This document shows, in pieces, positions 50,255 to 60,029 of a DNA stretch of 64,000 bases (within the stretch, counting starts at the first letter, position 1; each line of letters starts with the position of its first letter). Position numbers and translations under genes: made by a program. A model generated the notes under the pieces. That model was given only the letters and a program-made list of their open reading frames with translations, ran no database searches and was not told where the DNA came from. The stretch lies in the NCBI RefSeq assembly GCF_055900595.2, contig NZ_CM148325.1, one strand, 5' to 3'.

Positions 50255-51520
50255 TCACCTTTTCAGTGGATTGTTAACTTTTGCATATTCAAACGGACTG
50301 ATACACTCCTCCCTGTTTGCATCCAGAAAATCTGCCCACCATTGCAGCATAAGCCGACGTTCTTCCAGATGTTCTGCTTTATGAATATACGCGGCACGTA
50401 CTCCGTTGCGCTCCTGATGACTCATCTGACGTTCAACCGCATCTCTTGACCATAAGCCGGATTCAATCAATGCACTGCACGCCATCGCCCGGAATCCATG
50501 GCCACAGACTTCCTTGGTTGTGTCATACCCCATCACTCTGAGGGCCTTATTTACGGTATTTTCACTGATTGGTTTACGTGGGTCGTGTGCTCCCGTAAAG
50601 ATCAGACCATTTTCACCTGCCCATGTCTGAAGTTCTGCCAGTATGGCTACAGCCTGTTGGCTGAGTGGCACAAGATGTGGTGTTCGCATCTTGGAGCCCC
50701 GGTATGAAAATTTTACGCCTGGCAGAGGTTCGCGTTCGGCTGGAATAGTCCACATGGCATTGTCAATATCAATTTCAGACCAGCGGGCATATCTGAGTTC
50801 ACTGGAACGAATAAAAACCAGTAAATTCAGCATAACTGCCAGTCGGGTGACAGGCTGGCCTTTATAACCGTCAATACGCGACAGAAGTTCAGGCAGGCGT
50901 GAAAGATCCAGAGCAGGGCGATGCTGGCGTTTTACCGTGGTCAATGCACCAGCCATATCCAGAGCCGGGTTATATCTGATGATGCCAGACTGTACGGCAT
51001 AACGCATTACAGCAGATATTCTTTGCTGCAGACGACTGGCGATTTCATAAATTTGTTTAACTTCTGCAGCACGAACAGGGATAAGCAGATCCGGGGTACT
51101 GAGTGTTGTGATATCCCGGTTGCCGATAAAGGGGAAAACGTGAGTCTCGAGGCTTTTGAGTACTTTATCGCTGTGTGATTGTGCCCATTGTTTATTACTG
51201 GCATGCCAGCGTCGTGCAATATGTTCAAAAGAGAGCTGTAAATCAGGGACTACTTTTTTAGCTCTTTTCTGTTCGCAAGGGTCAACCCCCTCCGAAATCA
51301 GTTTTCGGGCCTCATCCCGTTTTGTACGAGCTTCGGAGAGAGAAACTTCCGGATACACACCAAGTGCCAGGGTTTTCTCCTTACCCAGAATACGATAACG
51401 GAGACGCCAGTAACGGGAACCATTAGGATGTACCAGCAGGAACATGCCAGCCCCGTCAGTGAGTTTATAAGCCTTGTCAGTGGGCTTTGCAGCCCGGATT
51501 TTTGCGTCAGTCAGTGCCAT
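50255..51520 (-). CDS. P4-type tyrosine integrase
   Basis: 421 aa; N-terminal MALTDAKIRAAKP..YKLTDGAGMFLLVHPNGSRYWRLRYR, C-terminal catalytic region (..HGFRAMA..) typical of P4-family integrases at tRNA loci. Confidence 0.9.
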   Translation of the reverse strand: MALTDAKIRAAKPTDKAYKLTDGAGMFLLVHPNGSRYWRLRYRILGKEKTLALGVYPEVSLSEARTKRDEARKLISEGVDPCEQKRAKKVVPDLQLSFEHIARRWHASNKQWAQSHSDKVLKSLETHVFPFIGNRDITTLSTPDLLIPVRAAEVKQIYEIASRLQQRISAVMRYAVQSGIIRYNPALDMAGALTTVKRQHRPALDLSRLPELLSRIDGYKGQPVTRLAVMLNLLVFIRSSELRYARWSEIDIDNAMWTIPAEREPLPGVKFSYRGSKMRTPHLVPLSQQAVAILAELQTWAGENGLIFTGAHDPRKPISENTVNKALRVMGYDTTKEVCGHGFRAMACSALIESGLWSRDAVERQMSHQERNGVRAAYIHKAEHLEERRLMLQWWADFLDANREECISPFEYAKVNNPLKR

Positions 51521-51717
51521 AGTTCAGCCTTCTGAATGCGTTAAAGAGGGTACAAATTCTGTCGAACTGGGGTATACCCGCAATTATACCCACACAATGG
51601 GGTTGATGTGGGGGGAATCTGGTTGAGTTCGGTAGAATTGATTTGGAGGCAGAACGCTTAAATTGTGGCGTTCTGAAACGAAAAACGGACCTCCGTGGAG
51701 GTCCGTTTATATGAATT

Positions 51718-51736
51718 TGGTGCCCGGACTCGGAAT
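51718..51736 (-). other. 19-bp repeat of tRNA-Phe 3' end (att-type direct repeat), not a complete tRNA
   Basis: TGGTGCCCGGACTCGGAAT is the reverse complement of the tRNA-Phe 3' end; sequence beyond diverges from tRNA; about 200 bp upstream of int. Confidence 0.75.
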
Positions 51737-51983
51737 GAAACTGGTTATATAACCAATTGTTTTGTATCGACTGTTTTGTCTTTGTTCTTTTTGGGGCCAC
51801 CAATGAGGCCCCCATGTGCAATTCGAATTCTTTTGACGCTATAATCCCTCTTTTTTGTGCTTTGTTGTAATCATTTTGTCTGGTTCGATATGCTGAATCG
51901 CGGAATCGAAGTAACAACAAAATACAGAGATTTATAAAATACCTGGCTACCTGTGTTAGGGAGCGTTAACGCACAGATTTTGT

Positions 51984-52310
51984 TTATGGCTGCCAGAAAT
52001 GATCTGATGGTTTGTCGTCTGGCTCTGCAAGTACCCTGTTGATATCCCGGGAACCATGAACGATACGTTCGATACGAACTTCAGTATCCAGTACCCTGAA
52101 CAGCAGAAGGTAACGACCATACGAACAACCTCTGATCCCTGCCCCTAACTCGGGTCTTTCTCTGTAGAGTACTGGCGATTCGGCTATCAACAGACATTGT
52201 TGGTAAAGCTCTTCGGTAAAACTGATTGCACGGACAGGATTATCCTGAGCGATCCAGTCACCTATAGCTTCAAGATCGTGTTCTGCTAATGGTGAAACAG
52301 TCAGTTTCAT
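51984..52310 (-). CDS. type II toxin, ParE/RelE family
   Basis: 108 aa; ..YGRYLLLFRVLDTEVRIERIVHGSRD.. ParE signature; 4-bp overlap with upstream antitoxin gene. Confidence 0.75.
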   Translation of the reverse strand: MKLTVSPLAEHDLEAIGDWIAQDNPVRAISFTEELYQQCLLIAESPVLYRERPELGAGIRGCSYGRYLLLFRVLDTEVRIERIVHGSRDINRVLAEPDDKPSDHFWQP

Positions 52311-52570
52311 ATTGGCTGTTCACCTTCTGCCATCTTTTTGTATTTGTGCGTCAGTCGCCCGAATACCTCTTCAGCACTTTTACTTTCACCGCTGTTGATG
52401 CCTGCGGTAACGGCGCTCTGGAGTGATTCAAGCTTTATCTGCTGTTCCCGTTCTTCCAGAGCACGAAGTCCGGCACGAATGACTTCACTTGTATTGTTAT
52501 ACCGACCACTTTCTATTTGTTCGCGGATAAACGTTTCAAAGTAAGGACTGAGGGATACACTGGTAGGCAT
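52307..52570 (-). CDS. type II antitoxin, ParD-like (RHH)
   Basis: 87 aa; ..YFETFIREQIESGRYNNTSEVIRAGLRALEERE.. typical ParD/RHH antitoxin. Confidence 0.75.
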   Translation of the reverse strand: MPTSVSLSPYFETFIREQIESGRYNNTSEVIRAGLRALEEREQQIKLESLQSAVTAGINSGESKSAEEVFGRLTHKYKKMAEGEQPI

Positions 52571-52641
52571 GGTGATTTTCTCGCCGATTGATTACTATCA
52601 ATTAATAATAGTTAATATTCGCGAATTGTAAAATACCTCTT

Positions 52642-53508
52642 TTATGCCTTGCGGCTTTTGTTCACTGTGCTTGCCAGGGCTTCCGGGTAGTGTCTGACAA
52701 TAATATCATTAAGCCTGTCAACCAGTTCTGGTTTCCTGAACGTGATGTGCGCGGAGCCCTTCTTAAAGTATCTGATGCTGAACATCTCATCTTCATAGTC
52801 CTCTTTACCCTGAACAGACCGGATGTGCTCATTCAGATGAATGGTGATGTTTTCCCGGTTGTCGGGGATCGGTTTGCCGCTGAACAGATACAGCATTCTT
52901 TCCAGGTCGGCAAGTCGATCTGCCTGTTGCCCGGTGATAAGATGAAACCCCCACCGGTCCCACCTCACCAGGTTGTTGACGATAATTTTACTGCCAAATT
53001 TACAGGGTGAATTGTTTTCGTAATTCCAGCTCAGTCCCCTGAAAACATTGATCACCCCACGCTCAAACACTTCATCTTTGTTCTGGTGCAGTTGTTCAAA
53101 TGTGCTCAGAATGTTCGCTTCACTGATTTCCGGAAAATTATCGTATTCCAGTGACCGGTACCATGTATCACGGGCCTGCGCATCCATTAATGACAGCATC
53201 CCGGAACGTTGCATCAGGTCACGCCAGATTTCGCGATCGAGATTGCGGGTGATGGCTTTCATTGCTGTTTCCGGTTTATCCATGAGCCAGCATCCGCAGC
53301 GAAAATCCTGTTTCATCGCCCAGTCCCGTGCGCTTTTACCACCAATGCTTTTTGTCAGTACTGAGATTTCAGTCAGTTGCCGGATAAGCGTTTCGGTTTG
53401 TTGCAGTGCTGCATTCCGTACCGTCACAACGTGTCGGATACTGGTGGAGCAGATAACGTCCGTATTCCCGGTGACCACTTCCGGATGGGAGATTGTGATG
53501 TTTGACAT
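52642..53508 (-). CDS. conserved CP4-type prophage protein (YafZ-like, DUF4942-like)
   Basis: 288 aa; family assignment from recall only. Confidence 0.4.
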   Translation of the reverse strand: MSNITISHPEVVTGNTDVICSTSIRHVVTVRNAALQQTETLIRQLTEISVLTKSIGGKSARDWAMKQDFRCGCWLMDKPETAMKAITRNLDREIWRDLMQRSGMLSLMDAQARDTWYRSLEYDNFPEISEANILSTFEQLHQNKDEVFERGVINVFRGLSWNYENNSPCKFGSKIIVNNLVRWDRWGFHLITGQQADRLADLERMLYLFSGKPIPDNRENITIHLNEHIRSVQGKEDYEDEMFSIRYFKKGSAHITFRKPELVDRLNDIIVRHYPEALASTVNKSRKA

Positions 53509-53592
53509 TATCGGTTTCCCTTTTGGTTTATAAACGAAAACGCCAGCCGTATTCAGGCTGGCGTCAGTGGAATGAAGTCTGGTGAGTAAGGC

Positions 53593-53790
53593 TCACCGGT
53601 TCTGTTGCAGAAGCTGCAGTTGGCGCAGGGTATGGATATCCTCCCTCGCCTGTTCAATGCAGGGCAGCAGTGCTGCCGAATCCGTTTTATCCTCATCGTT
53701 GTCAAAGATAATTCCCGATTCGCAGTCGATATTGTCCTGCAGCCACGCAATCAGAATATCCAGTGCTGTTTCCGTGGTTAATGATTTCAT
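53593..53790 (-). CDS. small hypothetical protein (65 aa)
   Basis: ATG at 53790 preceded by AGGAA; acidic small protein downstream of cbtA-region genes. Confidence 0.35.
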   Translation of the reverse strand: MKSLTTETALDILIAWLQDNIDCESGIIFDNDEDKTDSAALLPCIEQAREDIHTLRQLQLLQQNR

Positions 53791-53801
53791 GTTGTTCCTG
53801 G

Positions 53802-54290
53802 TTACCAGTTGAAAGTGGGTAAACCCGGCAGGCATTCAGCGCTGGCATCCAGATGAATGAGACTGACGCCATAACGTCGGGTAAGTGTGACAACCAGACA
53901 ACGGAACGTTTTTGACAGGCCCAGGCGCTTAAGCCGCAGAACCGGGTATGACCACGCATCGGTACGTAACAGATAGCCGCTACCTGTGAAATGAATCCAT
54001 TCTGATTCACCAACGTCACTGGTCTGATGCGACAGCGAGTACAGCCAGGCGTTATCCTTTTCCGTGATATGTGCGGTACTGCAGCGTATGCCGGCAAGGG
54101 TTGCAAACGGTGGTAGTGTGCAGGTTGACTGTTGGTCGGATTCCTCCACCACGCGGAGTGAATAACCGTTTTCAGCGACCTTGTTAATCAGTTCAGTGAG
54201 ATTAACACCATCGACGTCAACGACAATTTGCCCCATGTTCAGTGCCTGCACATTAATTCTGTCGGCTTCCAGCATCAGGGAAAGTTTCAT
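53802..54290 (-). CDS. hypothetical protein downstream of CbtA-like toxin (YeeW-region)
   Basis: Start overlaps cbtA-like stop (ATGA coupling); no recognised motif. Confidence 0.4.
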   Translation of the reverse strand: MKLSLMLEADRINVQALNMGQIVVDVDGVNLTELINKVAENGYSLRVVEESDQQSTCTLPPFATLAGIRCSTAHITEKDNAWLYSLSHQTSDVGESEWIHFTGSGYLLRTDAWSYPVLRLKRLGLSKTFRCLVVTLTRRYGVSLIHLDASAECLPGLPTFNW

Positions 54291-54661
54291 CGTTTCTCCG
54301 GATGCTTACCCAGGGTAATGTTATTTACCGTTCTGTAATTGTCGCGGGTCATCAGGCCGGTCGCCCGGCGAGCCCGGAGGATATCAATACTGTTTATTAA
54401 CTGAGAGCGGGGACAAGTGCTGAATCCCGGCTGGTCGGTACGCACCAGCGCGTATTTTTCCACGAGAAAATTCACCGCATCACACAGTGAAATGCCAGCT
54501 TCAATATGCTGCTCAATCACACGTTCATCGGCGAACGGTGTGTCATTCAGTGTAAGGCCGTAATGCTGGCCCAGTAGTCGGGAGAGCAGAGTCTGCCAGA
54601 TGGTGACGGGAGACGGGCAGCTCGATGCCTCCCGTACGTGTGTATCGGGTAATGTTTTCAT
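54287..54661 (-). CDS. CbtA/YeeV/YkfI-family toxin (cytoskeleton-binding, type IV TA)
   Basis: 124 aa; ..[55 protein letters not shown].. matches YeeV family as recalled. Confidence 0.85.
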   Translation of the reverse strand: MKTLPDTHVREASSCPSPVTIWQTLLSRLLGQHYGLTLNDTPFADERVIEQHIEAGISLCDAVNFLVEKYALVRTDQPGFSTCPRSQLINSIDILRARRATGLMTRDNYRTVNNITLGKHPEKR

Positions 54662-54750
54662 ACTGAAGGTTTTCCTGATATGCAGAGATGAAAAATGGAA
54701 AAGTGGCGTGGTGAAAGCACCAGGCCGGAGCAGAAGGTTATTCCGGTGGT

Positions 54751-55119
54751 TTACTTTTTCGTTTCGGGCGTCGGATAAACAGCCAGATAAACGTAACCAC
54801 AGGAGCCGAGGGTGTCGGCTTCGCAGGTCAGCCCTTTCGCATACAGCGTGACGGTATGCTGATGTCGGGGATTCAGTTCACCGCTGGTGAGCATGAGTTC
54901 CAGTTGTTTCATCAGCAGCGGAAAGGCCTGGTCCAGATGGTATGCATCTGCGTCGCTGAAGCGGCCTCTGATACCGGCGCGGTCGGCAAGGTAATGCAGG
55001 CGGTTACCCTCCTGCACCAGACGGGCGCCAAAACAGGGCCTCACTGTGCAGGGAAGCCCCCACCAGGGGCGGTCGTGATTGTCGTCGGGATGAGTTATCC
55101 CGGAGAGTGTGTCTGACAC
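54751..55119 (-). CDS. CbeA/YeeU-family antitoxin
   Basis: 122 aa; [42 protein letters not shown].. matches YeeU family as recalled. Confidence 0.85.
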   Translation of the reverse strand: MSDTLSGITHPDDNHDRPWWGLPCTVRPCFGARLVQEGNRLHYLADRAGIRGRFSDADAYHLDQAFPLLMKQLELMLTSGELNPRHQHTVTLYAKGLTCEADTLGSCGYVYLAVYPTPETKK

Positions 55120-55168
55120 GATAAAATCCTCTCTGAAAAGTGGTTAAGAATGGTTTAACGATGACAGG

Positions 55169-55801
55169 TCAGCCGGTGCGCTGACCGGTTTCGGTGAAGA
55201 TGTATGCATTGATGAGAATGGCCTCATCCACAGCGGCGTCTGAGGTCATCTGGTCGTACTCGTTTTCCAGTTGACGGTACAGCCAGAAGGCCAGGTCGCG
55301 CAGGGCTTCGCTGACAGCGGCTTCCGCATCGGCTGTCATAGCCTGACCAGTCGGACTGTTCCGGGTAACAGTGATAACGGATGGCAGTAACGTCCCCGGT
55401 GGTGGATTTCAGCCTGCAGTTGCCAGAAGTTACGTTTCTGCACCGCCTGCAGGGCATCCGCGATACGATGAAGCTCACGGTTCTGCGGGGCATACTCCCG
55501 GACTCTCCTGGTTGTTGCTGACTGCCAGTGCCAGCGTCCTTCAAAACAGGCTCCGTCCCTGGCTGCAGAATCCGCTGAACCAGATGCACGGCTCTTCCAT
55601 AAACCTGCCGTTGCTGAGACGGATAACACGCTGGCAGAGGTCAATTCCGAAAATGCCACAGACCTCCCTGACGTCCTCATACACGTTTTCATACCAGTTG
55701 CTGTCAGCATGATGCTGACGGTACCCGTCGCGGGCTTTTTCCCGTGCCGGGCAGGAAAGTTCATCCAGCGTATACACTGTGATGGTGATAATTCTGCTCA
55801 T
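55169..55801 (-). pseudogene. disrupted ORF between YeeT-like and CbeA-like genes (three overlapping frame fragments)
   Basis: Natural-looking segments lie in frame A (55541-55801), frame B (55336-55764) and frame A again (about 55169-55339); suggests two compensating frameshifts or overlapping small genes. Confidence 0.3.
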
Positions 55802-55815
55802 CAGAATGCCCTGAC

Positions 55816-56037
55816 TCAGTTCAGGGTGACGCTCATCAGCCGGACATACGGGCCAAAACTGTCCTTACGACGTTCTGCAAACACAGCCAGCACACCGGGA
55901 ATATCCTGCACTTCACGACCGGTATACGTTTCAGTGCTGCCGTGCCAGCGGTATTTGCCGGTACAGAACGGAAAAAGACGGGATGCAGGATGCTGTTGGT
56001 GAATACGCATGGCTTCACCACGGGTGATGATTTTCAT
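55816..56037 (-). CDS. YeeT-like protein (DUF987)
   Basis: 73 aa, MKIITRGEAMRIHQQHP..; conserved position between RadC-like and antitoxin genes. Confidence 0.7.
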   Translation of the reverse strand: MKIITRGEAMRIHQQHPASRLFPFCTGKYRWHGSTETYTGREVQDIPGVLAVFAERRKDSFGPYVRLMSVTLN

Positions 56038-56105
56038 AATGGGATACCTCTGAAGACAGAAGATAAAAGTGAAAACAGGTGTGATGTGGTTGTGACGGTG
56101 ACGGG

Positions 56106-56597
56106 TTAAAGCAGACCGTGTTCGGCAAAGGAGAATACCTGGCTGCCACCGACTATCAGATGGTCCGGCACCCGGATATCCACCAGGGCCAGCGCCTGAA
56201 CCAGACGTTCCGTAATAAGCCGGTCTGCCTTACTGGGAGTGACTTCACCGGACGGGTGGTTGTGTGCCAGTATCACGGCGGCGGCATTGTGGTACAGGGC
56301 GCGTTTAATCACTTCCCGGGGATGGACTTCCGTGCGGTTGATGGTGCCGGTGAAGAGGGTTTCACCGGCAATCAGCTGATTCTGGTTGTTCAGATACAGC
56401 ACCCGGAACTCTTCACGCTCCAGTCCCGCCATGTTCAGAATCAGCCATTCCCGTGCCGCATGCGTGGAGGTGAAGGCCACGCCGGGTTCATGAAGATGAC
56501 GGTCCAGGGTTTTCAGGGCCCGCTGAATGAGGCTGCGCTCACCGGGTGTCATCTCTCCGGGCAGAAAGGAAAGTTGTTGCATTGTGCTTCTCTCCAT
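56106..56597 (-). CDS. RadC-like JAB-domain protein (YeeS/YfjY family)
   Basis: JAMM-like motif ..AAVILAHNHPSGEVTPSKADRLIT.. Confidence 0.85.
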   Translation of the reverse strand: MERSTMQQLSFLPGEMTPGERSLIQRALKTLDRHLHEPGVAFTSTHAAREWLILNMAGLEREEFRVLYLNNQNQLIAGETLFTGTINRTEVHPREVIKRALYHNAAAVILAHNHPSGEVTPSKADRLITERLVQALALVDIRVPDHLIVGGSQVFSFAEHGLL

Positions 56598-57083
56598 TCA
56601 GTCGATGATGCGCATAATGGCGCTGCATTCCGGATGCTGCAGGGCATAATCCCGCAGCCGGTAATAATGGACCGTCATGGCATAACACTCCGTACGACAG
56701 GCATGATGACTGTACGTCATCAGACAGGCAGCAATGCCGGCGGCTTCCGGGCTCATTTCAGCGCGGTTACCGTTCATGGCATTGAACAGTACCCATGTTT
56801 CGTCATCATCGTCATCCGGTTCGGGTGCCATAAATGCCCCGCCGTTGTTCAGGGTGTACAGATTCCAGATACCACCGCAGTAGTCTTCGCACAGACGGTC
56901 CATCCAGCCGAAGACACGGGGCTCCAGGGTCACCCACTGTGGAATGAGGCCAAAGTGCTGCGGCCAGAAGCTGATGCGCTGTTCATCAGGGACTATGGTG
57001 GCAACCAGCTGAGACTGGTTATTCCCTGATGCAGTAGTTACGGAAACAGAAGGTGTGGTGAAATTATGCGAAGAGGTTGTCAT
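56598..57083 (-). CDS. antirestriction protein (YfjX/YafX, ArdB/KlcA-like)
   Basis: ..RISFWPQHFGLIPQWVTLEPRVFGWMDRLCEDYCGGIWNLYTLNNGGAFMAP.. typical antirestriction family. Confidence 0.8.
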   Translation of the reverse strand: MTTSSHNFTTPSVSVTTASGNNQSQLVATIVPDEQRISFWPQHFGLIPQWVTLEPRVFGWMDRLCEDYCGGIWNLYTLNNGGAFMAPEPDDDDDETWVLFNAMNGNRAEMSPEAAGIAACLMTYSHHACRTECYAMTVHYYRLRDYALQHPECSAIMRIID

Positions 57084-57173
57084 GAGATTATTCCTTATAA
57101 AAAGTAAATGAATGGAAGACGTCCCGGGGACAGGGACAGACGTGAGCCGGACTGTACTTTCAGGGAAACGGCA

Positions 57174-57992
57174 TCAGCGCAGGCTCTCCAGCAACGTTTC
57201 CGCCATCACCCATAACGCGCGATTGAGCTTAATGTCGGTGTCAATGCTGTGAATGGCCCGGGTATGGATACGTTTTCCTTTTGCACTGCGACCGGAAATC
57301 CCGCCTTTCAGCATATTCTCCTGGATGGTCTGATAAGCACTCCACAGGTCCTTACCGTAATCCTCCCGGCGTCGTGGCGTCAGAATGTCGGCGGTGGTGA
57401 CGAGGTGATGTTCGTCACCATAACGGTAAGTCAGTGCCGCCTGTGCCAGCGCCTGGCGTGCCGGTGGCGGCAGGACCAGCGACTGCATGGCATCACGCTT
57501 TTCCTCAATCCGGTCAAAAACGCCCACCACTTCGTAAGCCCCTTCAATAACTTTCTCCACCACGTCTCCCCGGTGTGGAACACGCACTTCCCCCAGAGAC
57601 TGACCACAGACGCAGCCGTTCTGGCAGACGAACCTGAAGTAACCCGGCAGCATCTGGTAGCTGGAGGTACCGTCATGGGAGTTCAGCAGGATGATTTCAG
57701 GGACATGTTGTCCGTTTATCTCTCCGTCACGGCGCAGACGCAGCATGTGTTTGGTATACCCCCGGCGGCCCGGGTCACGTACGCGGGTCTGGCAGGCAAA
57801 GAAGGGCTGAAAGCCTTCCCGCTGCAGGCTTTCCAGCACGGTGATGGTGGGGATCCAGGTATAGTTCTCGCTTCTGGATGTGTGCTTATCTTCCCCGAAT
57901 ACGCTGGGGACGACCTGCATCAGTTCTTCGCGAGTTAAGGGGCGGTCACGGCGTATCTGGTTCGCATAACCAAAACGACTGGCTAATCGCAT
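57174..57992 (-). CDS. DUF932-family protein (YfjQ-like)
   Basis: 272 aa; conserved CP4-57 module position. Confidence 0.6.
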   Translation of the reverse strand: MRLASRFGYANQIRRDRPLTREELMQVVPSVFGEDKHTSRSENYTWIPTITVLESLQREGFQPFFACQTRVRDPGRRGYTKHMLRLRRDGEINGQHVPEIILLNSHDGTSSYQMLPGYFRFVCQNGCVCGQSLGEVRVPHRGDVVEKVIEGAYEVVGVFDRIEEKRDAMQSLVLPPPARQALAQAALTYRYGDEHHLVTTADILTPRRREDYGKDLWSAYQTIQENMLKGGISGRSAKGKRIHTRAIHSIDTDIKLNRALWVMAETLLESLR

Positions 57993-58082
57993 GATTTGCT
58001 CCTTATGAATGAGTTAGCGATATAAATGAAAAAGCCGCGCCTCCCGGAGAAGACGCGGCCTGATGGATGAAATGAATGAGGT

Positions 58083-58316
58083 TTATTGTCTGGGAAGCCC
58101 TTCACTGGCGAGCCACGCATTAAGTTGTTTGCCGGCATCGTATTCAAAATTCCAGCACCGCCAGCGCAACTGACCTTCAGCATTGTGGATAACCAGCCGG
58201 AAATGCGTTCCCTGGTCATTTTCGATAAACACATTGCGATAAGCTGTTGTGATGGCAACCGCCTGCTCTCGAGAGAAAGGGCCTTCGGGCAATAAAACAG
58301 GGTGACAGTCCGACAT
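58083..58316 (-). CDS. DUF905-like small protein (YkfF/YpjJ-like)
   Basis: 77 aa, ..[30 protein letters not shown].. Confidence 0.55.
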   Translation of the reverse strand: MSDCHPVLLPEGPFSREQAVAITTAYRNVFIENDQGTHFRLVIHNAEGQLRWRCWNFEYDAGKQLNAWLASEGLPRQ

Positions 58317-58321
58317 ACCGG

Positions 58322-58999
58322 CTATTTTCCGATAAATTCAACGCTGGCACCGGTGGCATTACCGTCAGCACCAACCGTGACGGTCACTTTGTCGTACGCA
58401 CGGTCTTCAGGATTGAACACTTCAAACTCAACCTTATTGCCTTTTACTTCGTAAGAGCCAAAATCAGCGGTTTCTGTTGTTTCCTCGTCATATTCCCGGG
58501 CGTATGCCTGCCGGGCAGCCTGCAGGACGGAATCTTTATTAATAGTGGTCGTCTGTTTCGGGGAAAAACCGGCAAGTGATGTGACAAATTTCGGACAGAC
58601 CTTCAGCATATCACCGCGGGTGAATTCCATTCGTACACCAAATGCCTGTAAAACGGACACATCACGCTCTGCTATGGAGTGAACGGCTTTTTTGACCATT
58701 TCCGGCGCCTGTCCGATTTCCACCTCAACAGCCCTGAATCCCGTCTGCTGATTACACATTTGTGATGTGGGGATCAGGTTACCGTTAATACTGATACGGC
58801 TGCCCAGGAGCGTCTGTACGCCATTCGGGCATCCCTGCATCAGGCCGGTAATACCAATCGTGCCATTTTTCAGCATTACCAGCGCCTGACCATCTTCCGT
58901 CATGGTCTGACACCAGCCGTTTTTGACAGCCCAGTTGCCGGCGGAGGCGGAGAATGATGCCACAGTGAACAGCAGGGGAAAAAGAGCTCTGGTATTCAT
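58322..58999 (-). CDS. hypothetical secreted protein
   Basis: Signal peptide [20 protein letters not shown] at internal Met (58999); no recognised domain. Confidence 0.5.
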   Translation of the reverse strand: MNTRALFPLLFTVASFSASAGNWAVKNGWCQTMTEDGQALVMLKNGTIGITGLMQGCPNGVQTLLGSRISINGNLIPTSQMCNQQTGFRAVEVEIGQAPEMVKKAVHSIAERDVSVLQAFGVRMEFTRGDMLKVCPKFVTSLAGFSPKQTTTINKDSVLQAARQAYAREYDEETTETADFGSYEVKGNKVEFEVFNPEDRAYDKVTVTVGADGNATGASVEFIGK

Positions 59000-59146
59000 G
59001 ACTGACCTCTGAAATGAACGTATGGTGTTATTGATAATGATGGAAGGTATGCAGTGACTGTTCAGGGAATGACGTAGCCGTATATTTAGTTTTCTGTTCA
59101 ACATATTGTCTCCATACCTGTCGGGACGGCTTTGGCAGGCCGGCGA

Positions 59147-59827
59147 TCACAGGTTAAAGGTGTTGATAAGTTTATGGATGAAAGAGAAATGTGGCAGGGC
59201 GGAGATAAAACGCTCTTCAGCGACCAGACTGTGGATGTGGCCTCTCCGTTCAAACCGTTCTGATGTCAGGCTGACTGATTTGATATCTGCCAGAGGAAAG
59301 ACCTGCAGTTTTCCCTTCTGTAACGCGATCAGATACCAGCTACCGCTGTAATAAATGAGCCGGCAGGGCTCCAGTGACGGATACCATCGCTCAGCCATCA
59401 GAGAGATGTGGATACACTGTCTTATTGCCAGGATGAGTTGCGAGAAACACTCGGGGAACGTTGCAGTGATATCCGGCGCCGGTAGCCAGATAAGGCAGGG
59501 AGAGGGCTCCTGGTTGTCGGTAAGACAGGTTATCAGTCGTCCGTTCCGGAGCGGAAGTATCCGTGCGATCCCCGTATTCTGTATAAAAGAAAGCATTTCA
59601 GGGATCGCACCTGGGCTGCTCTGTCGTCTGAGGCTGTACCTGCCATTTCTGTACTCTAAATCCAGGTGAACCAGACGCTGATGAAAATCGCGCTGTAAAG
59701 TACGTTCTGTAACGCCAAATTCATCTGACAGTGTTTTTAGTGACAGAGATTCTCCGGCCATCAGTCGGCTGATAATGAGTGATAAGCGAACCGCCAGGCG
59801 ATCATGCCGGGAACGATTATCAGACAT
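59147..59827 (-). CDS. YfjR-like transcriptional regulator (HTH plus WYL-type domain)
   Basis: N-terminal HTH (..LSLIISRLMAGESLSLKTLSDEFGVTERTLQRDF..), about 226 aa. Confidence 0.7.
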   Translation of the reverse strand: MSDNRSRHDRLAVRLSLIISRLMAGESLSLKTLSDEFGVTERTLQRDFHQRLVHLDLEYRNGRYSLRRQSSPGAIPEMLSFIQNTGIARILPLRNGRLITCLTDNQEPSPCLIWLPAPDITATFPECFSQLILAIRQCIHISLMAERWYPSLEPCRLIYYSGSWYLIALQKGKLQVFPLADIKSVSLTSERFERRGHIHSLVAEERFISALPHFSFIHKLINTFNL

Positions 59828-60029
59828 AGATGTGCACTCCGTAAGAAAACATCTTTTATTTCATAATGTTATTATGCATCATGATGTTGAAAGGATGTGT
59901 CGCATCCGAATAATCAGGAATAAAATGCAGCAGAAAAAATATTCCTTTAATTATCTGATTTTTAAGCAGGGTTTCATAAAAAGAAGAATGCTTGTTAATC
60001 CAGCGACACATCCTGTCGGCGTGAGTGTG

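Noticed and set aside
51718-51736. A complete tRNA-Phe gene
   Set aside because: Only the 3'-terminal 19 nt match; upstream sequence does not continue as tRNA
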